NCBI GenBank assembly: GCA_039588275.1
Contig: JBDHAC010000051.1
Coordinates: forward strand, 1-25,743
Direction: 5' to 3'
Length of the DNA: 25,743 nucleotides
Source: Gemmatimonadota bacterium
GTDB lineage: Bacteria > Gemmatimonadota > Gemmatimonadetes > Palauibacterales > Palauibacteraceae
Shown here: piece by piece, positions 8,041 through 15,368 of the stretch
How the letters are laid out: each line of letters opens with the position of its first letter
Numbering within the stretch: the first letter of the stretch is position 1
Notes under the pieces: generated by a model
What the model saw: only the letters and a program-made list of their open reading frames with translations
The model's database searches: none
Told to the model about the DNA's origin: nothing
Position numbers and translations under genes: made by a program

Positions 8041-8496
8041 ATGAGTAAAGCAGCGCCCCTCACGGCCTTCGTTCTGTTGTTCTGTCATTCGGCGATAGCC
8101 CAGGAGCCGAATCCCATCGGCGGCGTGACCGTGCAGTCTGTCAGACTCTCCGAGGATGTCGCGCCGATTCTCACCGGCAGGATTGTGGACGCACGGGACG
8201 GCCACCCGGTACGTGGCCTTCAGGTGCTCCTGGAAGGAACCGAGATCGGAGGGCTGACCGACCCGAACGGTTGGTTCGAGCTGAAGGGGATGGTGCCCGG
8301 CACGTGGATTCTGGGCATGCGGCTGATCGGATATGTGACCGAGACCGTGGAATTGCGATTGGAGACCGGGACGGTGACGCAAGTCCTGGCCGGTATGCGG
8401 CTCGCCAGAATCCAGGGAGCTTTCCAGTTCATCCCACCGGCTACGCCTCCCCCACCTCGCACGGATACGGTGAGTGCGCACGGACCGGGTTGGTGA
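8041..8496 (+). CDS. Secreted carboxypeptidase-regulatory-like domain protein
   Basis: RBS GAGGA before ATG 8041; signal peptide ending AIA; TGRIVDA..G.P....V.LEGTEIGGLTD.NG.F.L....PG...L....IGY. Confidence 0.8.
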   Translation: MSKAAPLTAFVLLFCHSAIAQEPNPIGGVTVQSVRLSEDVAPILTGRIVDARDGHPVRGLQVLLEGTEIGGLTDPNGWFELKGMVPGTWILGMRLIGYVTETVELRLETGTVTQVLAGMRLARIQGAFQFIPPATPPPPRTDTVSAHGPGW

Positions 8497-8508
8497 GCAG
8501 CGAACGGC

Positions 8509-8600
8509 ACATAACGGGTCCCCTGGCGGCTCCGGCCCCTGACGGGGCCTGCGCGCAAACCCGGCGTTCGCCGGGTTCGCCAATAGCCGGGACGTTATCC
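8509..8600 (+). repeat. attC-like site 7
   Basis: ACATAAC-GGGTC-CCCTGGCG...GGCCCC-TGAC-GGGGCC...AACCCGGC-GTTC-GCCGGGTT-CGCCAATA-GCCGGGAC-GTTATCC. Confidence 0.8.
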
Positions 8601-8692
8601 GCAATGGGCTTTGTGCCCGGTAATGGATTCGGCCTGAAGGATGGAGAGGAAGCTGTCGAGCACGGCAGTATCAATGTGACGAGAGTGCCGGC

Positions 8693-9136
8693 ATGAAAAG
8701 GCTGTTGATTAGCTGTCTCGGGTGTCTCGTTCTCGCGTGCGGCTTCATCACGGGCGAGGAGGAGGAAGAAGAGATCACGCGCGAGCGGCTGATTGGCACT
8801 ATCGAGTTCTACAGTGACCCGGTTCGTATCCAGCTCCCCGGTACTGTCCTGAGAGGCGTCACGTTTGATGTGACGGTGCGCACATACGGAGGCGGTTGCA
8901 TAGACAAAGGCGACACGGAGGTGGAAGTGAACGGCCTCGCGGCCCAGGTGACACCCTACGACATCGAAGTCACGCATATGCCTGCCGGGTCCGTGTGCAC
9001 GGCAGATCTGCGGTTCTACGAGCACATCGGAGAGGTTCGTTTCGATCAGTCGGGTACCGCAACGGTGGTTGTCAGGGGTCGCAAGAAGCCGCAGGACGTC
9101 ATCATCTCCGTGGAGCGAGCAGTGAACGTCCGATGA
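8693..9136 (+). CDS. Hypothetical lipoprotein (beta-sandwich-like, paired Cys)
   Basis: MKRLLISCLGCLVLAC lipobox; GGGC...VCTAD motif. Confidence 0.8.
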   Translation: MKRLLISCLGCLVLACGFITGEEEEEEITRERLIGTIEFYSDPVRIQLPGTVLRGVTFDVTVRTYGGGCIDKGDTEVEVNGLAAQVTPYDIEVTHMPAGSVCTADLRFYEHIGEVRFDQSGTATVVVRGRKKPQDVIISVERAVNVR

Positions 9137-9168
9137 GGAGTGTGTCACGGTAGGAATCGGCCCACTGC

Positions 9169-9260
9169 GTACAACAGGTCCACTGGCGGCTCTGGGCTTA
9201 GGCCCCTCGCCCGACCCCGGGCTAACGCCTGCAAGTTCGCCGGTGGCCGGGACATCAGAC
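9169..9260 (+). repeat. attC-like site 8 (degenerate; R' is ATC)
   Basis: GTACAAC-AGGTC-CACTGGCG...GGC-TAAC-GCC...TT-CGCCGGTG-GCCGGGAC-ATCAGAC. Confidence 0.75.
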
Positions 9261-9293
9261 GCCATTCCGGCGCGTCCGGGGTGAGCATATGTG

Positions 9294-10154
9294 ATGGCTA
9301 ACGAGATGGAACGCCATCGGAAGAGACCTCACCGCCGCTTCACGGCAACCGTGATGGTGGCTTCACTGCTGACGGTCCTGTTCGGCTGCGACGGGTCGAC
9401 GGGTCCAGCCACGCAGCTCGCCGGCACGTTCGGTCTGCTCGAGTACGAAGGGAGCATCGTCCCCGTCGACGAGGGTCCGCTGCCGCCGCGGTCTGGCGGC
9501 GTTTCGAACTGCCATATGATCGTGGCCGACGGGGCGCTGTCTCTGGATCCCGAAAGGCGACGATTCGCGCTCCACTATTCAGTGCGACGATCGTGTGACA
9601 GCGGAATCCTGAGCCAGCCGGGGGAGACAGGCGACTATCGGCCATCCAGCCGGACTCTACGCTTCGAGTCGACGATCGGAGAATTCGACGGGCGACTACG
9701 AGAGGATGGGTCGATCGCGGTCGAGTTCTTCGACCGCACGCTCGTGTTTGGCGGAGCGGCGCACCTTTCGCCGAGGGCGGAGGGTCAATATGAGCTCGTC
9801 GATCTCGCGCAGCTCCCGATCGAGCACGCCGGCGTCGGGAGTCCTCCAGCGGAATCGAGCTGCCCTTTGTTGGTCGATCATGGGATCTTGAGCCTGCGGC
9901 CGCTCTCAGGCCGAGCGATGACGGGTCGGTTCGACATAGACTATGCCCTCCGTTCTTCCTGCACCGACGAGATACGAACGAAAGCCGACGAGTCGGGCAG
10001 CTACGAGCAGGTGGCGGGCTCGCTCACCTTCGCGGGTGAGATCAGCCCGAACGTCGTGCACCCGTTTCGGGGGCACGTGGGTGAGCGGGCGATCGTGCTC
10101 TTCATTGGGCACGATCTGATGTTTCGCTCGGCGGTCGCTGCCCCTGGGCAATGA
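9294..10154 (+). CDS. Hypothetical lipoprotein with two tandem homologous beta domains
   Basis: Lipobox LFGC; internal duplication with two Cys per copy. Confidence 0.8.
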   Translation: MANEMERHRKRPHRRFTATVMVASLLTVLFGCDGSTGPATQLAGTFGLLEYEGSIVPVDEGPLPPRSGGVSNCHMIVADGALSLDPERRRFALHYSVRRSCDSGILSQPGETGDYRPSSRTLRFESTIGEFDGRLREDGSIAVEFFDRTLVFGGAAHLSPRAEGQYELVDLAQLPIEHAGVGSPPAESSCPLLVDHGILSLRPLSGRAMTGRFDIDYALRSSCTDEIRTKADESGSYEQVAGSLTFAGEISPNVVHPFRGHVGERAIVLFIGHDLMFRSAVAAPGQ

Positions 10155-10174
10155 AGGGCCGCGGCCCGAGCGGC

Positions 10175-10223
10175 GTCTAGCAGGTCCACCGGCGGCTCGG
10201 GGCCGGTGCCGGGGACGCGGCGA
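10175..10223 (+). repeat. attC-like site 9 (degraded/shortened)
   Basis: GTCTAGC-AGGTC-CACCGGCGGCTCGGG-GCCGGTG-CCGGGGAC-GCGGCGA. Left half clear, right boundary uncertain. Confidence 0.6.
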
Positions 10224-10255
10224 TCCTGGCCGCGCCCTCGGGTAGCCCCGGCTTC

Positions 10256-11203
10256 TCATAACGCGATTGGGCGGGTCTCGGACTGGCCCCCGACCGACGC
10301 TCCGGCGGACCGGGTGACCTCCCGATAGATCTGCTCCAGGCCCACGGGGCGTACGGAGAGCGACCGGACCGCCAGATCCGCGAAGTCGTTGGCGACCCGT
10401 TCCAGGCTCTCCCGCTCGGGAAGCCACACCGTAACCGCGTCGCCAACGCTCCGGTGCTCGAAGCCGAGCGTGTCTGCCCGTTCCTTGACGGCGCCCGGGT
10501 CGTCTGCGTGGACGATGGCGAGCTCCGCCGCGGGAATCAGCGCCCGTAGCTGGGTCATCGAGCCCTCGGCCGCGATCTGGCCGCCGGCCATGATTCCGAT
10601 GCGAGCGCACAGCGCCTCCGCCTCCTCCAGGTAGTGCGTGGTCAGGAGGACCGTGGTTCCCGCCCTCCGGAGAGATTGGATCAACTCCCACAGTTGGTGC
10701 CGGGCCTCCACGTCCAGCCCCACCGTGGGCTCATCCAGGATGAGCAGAAGCGGCTCGTGCACCAGGCCCACTGCCACGTTGAGCCTCCGGTGCATGCCCC
10801 CACTGAGCGTGGCCACGAGATCGTCCGCACGGTCCTCCAGGCCCACGGCCTCGAGGCAGCGCGCGGCTCGCTCCCGCCGCCCGTCCTTCGCCACGCAATA
10901 CACGCTGGCGAAGAAAAGCAGGTTCTCGACGCAGGTCAGATGCCGGTAGAGGGAGATCTCCTGGGGCACCACACCGATCGTTGACGGAGCGCGGGAGGCC
11001 AGCGTCCGGCCGTCCAGCCGCACTGCTCCGCCGTCGGCCGTGACCAGACCGCAGATGATGTTGATGCAGGTCGTCTTCCCCGCTCCGTTCGAACCCAACA
11101 AGCCGTAGATCTCTCCGCTCGCCACCGCGAAGTCCAAACCGGTAAGGACGCGGGCGTCCCCGAACGACTTCTCCAGATCTCGTACCTCGAGCAGCGCGCT
11201 CAT
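10256..11203 (-). CDS. ABC-2 type transporter ATP-binding protein
   Basis: Walker A GSNGAGKTT, signature LSGGM, Walker B LILDEPT, TTH. Start MSALLEV overlaps the permease stop (TGATG). Confidence 0.95.
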   Translation of the reverse strand: MSALLEVRDLEKSFGDARVLTGLDFAVASGEIYGLLGSNGAGKTTCINIICGLVTADGGAVRLDGRTLASRAPSTIGVVPQEISLYRHLTCVENLLFFASVYCVAKDGRRERAARCLEAVGLEDRADDLVATLSGGMHRRLNVAVGLVHEPLLLILDEPTVGLDVEARHQLWELIQSLRRAGTTVLLTTHYLEEAEALCARIGIMAGGQIAAEGSMTQLRALIPAAELAIVHADDPGAVKERADTLGFEHRSVGDAVTVWLPERESLERVANDFADLAVRSLSVRPVGLEQIYREVTRSAGASVGGQSETRPIAL

Positions 11204-11952
11204 CACGACCCAGACTGCCGATCGAGCATACGGCGGTATGATCTCGTGCCCACCACGATGCCCACCAGCGCGAAGACGACAAGAAACCCCAGGTGATCGG
11301 TTACCGAGCTCCACCCGGCGCCCGTCGCGGACACGGCCTTCAGCGCCTCGTTCATATGGAACACCGGGTTGAGTTGGGTGGCCGCGAACAGGTACGAGGG
11401 CAGCATGTCCGGCGGAAAGAACGTGCCTCCGAGCACCAGGAGTGGCACACCGATGGCCGCCACCGGCCCGTTCACCTCCTCGGTGCTCTTGGCGAAGCGG
11501 GCCCCGAAGTAGAAGCCCACTCCCACGTACGCGGTCACGCTGAGGAGGAGGATGAGCACGCCCAGAAACAGCGAGCCGTGAAAGCGTCCCCCGAAGGCGT
11601 ACGCGATTCCGTAGACGATCGCTGTCTGACCCGCCGCGATGACGAGGAAAGCGACGACGATGCCCAGGAAGTACGCCGCCGGGGACAGGGGCGACAGGAG
11701 GATCCGTTTGAGCGTCTGGCGCTCGCGCTCCCCCACGAGGACCGTGATCGGCCCGGAGAGGCAGCTGAAGAAGAGCGCGGCTCCGATCAGGATACCGGGT
11801 GCCGTGTAGTCGAATGATCGGCTCGTCCCCTGTCCGTCCGCGTAGATCAATCCGAACAGGAGCAGCATGAGGGTCGGGAAGAGCACCCAGAACACGAGGC
11901 TCCGCCGCGTGTGCCAGAGCTCGGTCAGGATCCGCCTCGCGACCGCAACCAT
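11203..11952 (-). CDS. ABC-2 type transporter permease
   Basis: About six TM helices; ERE.QTLKRILLSP; GTFFPPDMLP..L.AATQLNP. Confidence 0.93.
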   Translation of the reverse strand: MVAVARRILTELWHTRRSLVFWVLFPTLMLLLFGLIYADGQGTSRSFDYTAPGILIGAALFFSCLSGPITVLVGERERQTLKRILLSPLSPAAYFLGIVVAFLVIAAGQTAIVYGIAYAFGGRFHGSLFLGVLILLLSVTAYVGVGFYFGARFAKSTEEVNGPVAAIGVPLLVLGGTFFPPDMLPSYLFAATQLNPVFHMNEALKAVSATGAGWSSVTDHLGFLVVFALVGIVVGTRSYRRMLDRQSGS

Positions 11953-11960
11953 GATGCCCC

Positions 11961-12590
11961 CTAACCGCGCCCCTCGCCGTGATGCAGCGGCTCTCCCACC
12001 ACTGACTTCCGCATGCGATCCGCGCGCTCCCGGCGGGCGCGGATAGCGGCCAGGGTCTCGTCGCACCACTCGACGCGCGCCCGCAGCGTACCCAAGCCCG
12101 AGCGCAGCGTGGTGTATTGGTGGAACACGCGGTCGTCGTCGATGGTCTCGAGCGGGTCGCCCTCGACACCGAGATGGTCCAGCCACACCCGCTCGGTCTG
12201 CTCGAGCCTCGCGAGCACCTCCGCCGTCGATTGGTGCAGGGTCTCCATGAAGCGCTCAGTGGCCTCCAGATCCTCCAACGCGCTCATGAAGAAGAGCTGA
12301 GCCAGGTACGTGATGCGAGGTCTCGGGGTTACCGGATCGGACCGAAGCCAGCTCTCGAGCTCGTCACTCCCGGCTTCGGTGGTCCCGTACACGCGCCGTT
12401 CCGGACCGCGGGACGACGGAACGCGTCGGCTGCGAAGCAGGCCCCGCTCCTCGAGTTTCCTGAGCGCCGGGTAGATCTGGCTCAGCTCGGCGAACCAGAA
12501 GTGCCGCGCCGTGCGCTCGAACTCCTGCTTCAGATCGTAGCCCGATGCCGGGTTGCGGAGGATACCGAGGAGGATGTGATCGAGGCTCAA
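11961..12590 (-). CDS. PadR family transcriptional regulator
   Basis: HILLGIL..PASGYDLK..F....HFW....SQIYPALRKLE..G...Y..TEAG; RBS GAGGAG 7 nt before TTG 12590. Confidence 0.92.
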   Translation of the reverse strand: MSLDHILLGILRNPASGYDLKQEFERTARHFWFAELSQIYPALRKLEERGLLRSRRVPSSRGPERRVYGTTEAGSDELESWLRSDPVTPRPRITYLAQLFFMSALEDLEATERFMETLHQSTAEVLARLEQTERVWLDHLGVEGDPLETIDDDRVFHQYTTLRSGLGTLRARVEWCDETLAAIRARRERADRMRKSVVGEPLHHGEGRG

Positions 12591-12622
12591 AGGTGGTCTC
12601 CTCACAGTCTCATGCGGAGCAG

Positions 12623-12642
12623 CTATATAAATACTATAATAG
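12623..12642. promoter_or_regulatory. AT-rich promoter/operator box upstream of padR
   Basis: CTATATAAATACTATAATAG: imperfect palindrome containing TATAAT, in a GC-rich context between divergent genes. Confidence 0.5.
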
Positions 12643-12830
12643 TGGAGCCGTGTGTCCCGAAAGCCTGGGGGAGGACTGCCCCGGTAAGTAGTCCACTAGA
12701 TTCCAGCGCGCCGCACATCGCGGGGACGGAATGAGAGACAACACTCCCGGTAGATGGTATTTTCCTCGCGTCACGAGGTGACCGACTCCGAGCCTGATCG
12801 GCTCACTCACACATAGACACTGGAGGACCG

Positions 12831-13349
12831 ATGCGGTTCATATTGGCGGTCGCGCTGCTGACGCTCGCGTTGCCGGCGCACGCACGCGCACAGGAGGAGG
12901 AGCACGCGCACGAAGGCGATACCTCCGCGATGAGCGAGATCCCCTCCCTGACAGAACAGCAGATCCAGGAGCTGAAGACGGGCGGCGGGATGGGGTTCGC
13001 AAGGCTGGCGGAGGTCAACCATTACCCCGGCCCCAAACACGTCCTCGAGCTGGCGGAAGAGCTCGAGCTCACCGATGAGCAGAGGGAGACGGTCGGTGGG
13101 ATCCGGGCCAAGATGCTGGAGAAGGCGATTCCTCTCGGCGAGAAGATCATCGAGGCGGAAGGCCACCTGAACATGCGATTCCAGCACGGCCACATCGATG
13201 AGGCGGCGCTCCGCGAGGCGACGGACCAAATCGCCGCGCTGTATGGAGAGCTGCGGTACACGCACCTGTCAGCGCATCTCGCGGCGCAGGCGCTACTCAC
13301 GCAGGAGCAGATCGCGACCTACGACCAGTTGCGGGGTTACACGCCCTAG
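12831..13349 (+). CDS. Periplasmic Spy/CpxP-like helical protein
   Basis: Signal peptide; LTEQQ, LELTDEQ and LLTQEQ (LTxxQ) motifs; RBS GGAGG. Confidence 0.8.
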   Translation: MRFILAVALLTLALPAHARAQEEEHAHEGDTSAMSEIPSLTEQQIQELKTGGGMGFARLAEVNHYPGPKHVLELAEELELTDEQRETVGGIRAKMLEKAIPLGEKIIEAEGHLNMRFQHGHIDEAALREATDQIAALYGELRYTHLSAHLAAQALLTQEQIATYDQLRGYTP

Positions 13350-13484
13350 GTCATCCCACACGTGCGGGCTCGTCGAGTGCGCTCGTCGGGCCCCGTTTTC
13401 CTGCCGAAGCGGGCTGTCAGGCCGGACGAGGGCTCGTATAGATTGGCGCGGCCGAGGAATCCTCGCTCACGCACGGTCGAGCCG

Positions 13485-13928
13485 ATGCCACACGAATTCT
13501 CAGTGACCCGAAAGGTCGAGTTCGCCGACACCGACACGGCGGGCGTCGTCCACTTCGCGGCCTTCTTCCGCTACATGGAGGAGGCCGAGCACGAGTTCTA
13601 CCGCTCGCTGGGGGAGTCGGCCTACCGTTGGGAGCCGGACGGAGTGATCGGGATGCCCAGGGTCTCGGCCCGCTGTGACTTTCTTCGCCCGCTCCGTTAC
13701 CCCGCGGAGGTGGAGATCCACCTCACCGTCCGCGAGAAGTCGTCCAAGGCGATCGGCTACGACGTCGTCTTCCGGGTAGCGGACGGGGACGCAGCCGTGG
13801 AGATCGCGCGTGGAGCGATGAAGGTCGTGTACGCATCGCGAGTGCACGGGTCGCAGGATTGGGAGGCTGTGGACCTGCCACCCGTCCTTCAGGAGCACAT
13901 CGAGGTGGCGCCGGAGGTGATCGCATGA
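13485..13928 (+). CDS. Acyl-CoA thioesterase (4HBT/YbgC hotdog fold)
   Basis: KVEFADTDTAGVVHFAAFFRYMEEAE; CDFLRPLRY. Confidence 0.9.
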   Translation: MPHEFSVTRKVEFADTDTAGVVHFAAFFRYMEEAEHEFYRSLGESAYRWEPDGVIGMPRVSARCDFLRPLRYPAEVEIHLTVREKSSKAIGYDVVFRVADGDAAVEIARGAMKVVYASRVHGSQDWEAVDLPPVLQEHIEVAPEVIA

Positions 13929-14566
13929 GGTGGATCGGGAGCTCGACGTTCGCGCTTGCCGGAGCCCTGCTCCTGGCAGGCACGGCCTCGGCGCAAGGTG
14001 CGCGAGGGTTTGAAGTCGGAGCCGGTGTGGCGATGACCACGAATCCCGTCGAGGCGCTGTCTGACGAGACCTGTCCGGCCGGGACGACCTGGGCGAGCGA
14101 GGGTCGGCTGGCCTGGCGCTTCTCGCGTGCGGTCGCGCTCGAAGGTAGCACGGCCCTGCACTGGGAGTCTGCGGACGACTGCACGGATGTGGGACCACCG
14201 CTGCCTCTGGGCCCGTTCGAGCGAACCGTGCGCGACTACCCGGACGGCTACCCGTTCACCACGAGCGACGTGCGGCTCGCGTTCGAGCCCTCGAGTCCCA
14301 GCGGGACGACTTGGTTCCGCGCGTTCGGAGGCTGGGGCTACATGTGGGGGAAGGAGATTGGCTACTGGCTTGCCGGCGGTGGAGTGGTGTTCGGCCGTCG
14401 AATCAGGTTCGTGCTCGACGCCGAGTGGAGGTGGTTCGACGTGCCGTTCGACTCGGTCACGCAGAACTTCCTCGATGCCGTTCTGATTTCGGAGGAGGTT
14501 GTAGACACCGGAGAGGAGTCGCACAACACGTTCACGGTCAAACTCGGATTCCGGCTGCGAATATAG
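13925..14566 (+). CDS. Putative outer-membrane beta-barrel protein
   Basis: Signal peptide ending ASA; amphipathic strands; C-terminal TVKLGFRLRI; ATGA overlap. Confidence 0.7.
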   Translation: MRWIGSSTFALAGALLLAGTASAQGARGFEVGAGVAMTTNPVEALSDETCPAGTTWASEGRLAWRFSRAVALEGSTALHWESADDCTDVGPPLPLGPFERTVRDYPDGYPFTTSDVRLAFEPSSPSGTTWFRAFGGWGYMWGKEIGYWLAGGGVVFGRRIRFVLDAEWRWFDVPFDSVTQNFLDAVLISEEVVDTGEESHNTFTVKLGFRLRI

Positions 14567-14670
14567 GCTTCGATCGACTGCTGTGGCCGAGGTCGTATAC
14601 CGGCAATATATCGTGTGTAAGCCAGTTACGAAGATTACTTAAAGTAATGTATAAAGATCGCCCATGCCCG

Positions 14671-14708
14671 TGATGGGCGCCTCTGAGGGCGCCTCTGATG
14701 GGCGCCTC
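14671..14708. repeat. Short tandem repeat, 3 x TGA(T)GGGCGCCTC
   Basis: tgatgggcgcctc-tgagggcgcctc-tgatgggcgcctc. Confidence 0.85.
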
Positions 14709-14897
14709 GGGAGACCGACCGCCGCAAGAGCCAGAGAAGCGGGGACTCGGGTGTCACATTTCGCCCGTTCATGACATCTAACGGGTATAGCCGAAGAGCC
14801 GGTTTCCAGAGCGCTTGAGTTCTCGAGCGCCCGATCTGATAGAGTGATGACGCGCATCCGCGGTCGTCTCGACAACCCTGCCGTCAACACGCTACCG

Positions 14898-15311
14898 ATG
14901 GCGGTGGCGTGGCGAACTCTGTACGTACTCGCCGTGAGCCTCGCACTTGCCTGCGAGTCCACCTTTGCGCCGCCGATCCCTCCCGAGGCCGAGTGGACGG
15001 AGGGGACCTGGCAATACGTCCTAAGGGCGTGCCCGTTCGGGTTCGTTTCCGAGCCCGACGGCATCGAGCTGCTGACGCTCGAGCCGAGCGGGGACGCACT
15101 CTGGACGGTGGGCGGAAATCTCGTCTCCGTGGAGCGGTTCGAGATCCGGAGGCAGGAGGTCTACTTCGGCAACCTGCTCGTGATCGTGTTCGAGCACCGG
15201 TTCGCGGGAAATCCGATGGCCATCAGCCAAGTCCCGCCGGACACCATGAAGCTCGTGAATCCCAATGTCACGGACCCCTGCGGCTTCTATTACACACGTC
15301 CGGTCGGCTAG
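14898..15311 (+). CDS. Hypothetical lipoprotein
   Basis: Lipobox ALAC; EGTWQY lipocalin-like start of the mature domain. Start uncertain (14844-14898). Confidence 0.7.
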   Translation: MAVAWRTLYVLAVSLALACESTFAPPIPPEAEWTEGTWQYVLRACPFGFVSEPDGIELLTLEPSGDALWTVGGNLVSVERFEIRRQEVYFGNLLVIVFEHRFAGNPMAISQVPPDTMKLVNPNVTDPCGFYYTRPVG

Positions 15312-15368
15312 AGAACCATGCACGGGTGGATGAGCGCCGGTCTTGAAGGGACGCGAACCGGGACAGCC

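Larger units (their letters stand above)
7616..10223 (+). mobile_element. Integron-like gene cassette array 2 (4 cassettes, degenerating distally)
   Basis: Same repeat family. Cassettes 7617-8012, 8013-8594, 8595-9254 and 9255-~10217, each with one + strand ORF and complementary ends. Confidence 0.8.

Noticed and set aside
21..10223. REP/BIME or MITE elements, or tRNA-like genes
   Set aside because: All copies share one orientation with one per cassette, there are no target-site duplications, and flanks pair across the cassette. No D- or T-arm motifs or CCA end.
10256..12169. 637-aa extended ABC ATPase
   Set aside because: The N-terminal half overlaps the permease and padR out of frame and is low-complexity. 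The real start is 11203.
12735..12750. AGACAAC-ACTCCCGG as partner of the site-5 leader or a second entry site
   Set aside because: Only short matches, no stem or GTT arm, and 10 kb away. Chance is likely.
14771..14790. TAAC-containing motifs here and near 17297, 18763 and 23510 as extra repeat copies
   Set aside because: None is followed by the CACTGGCG stem or a matching right half.
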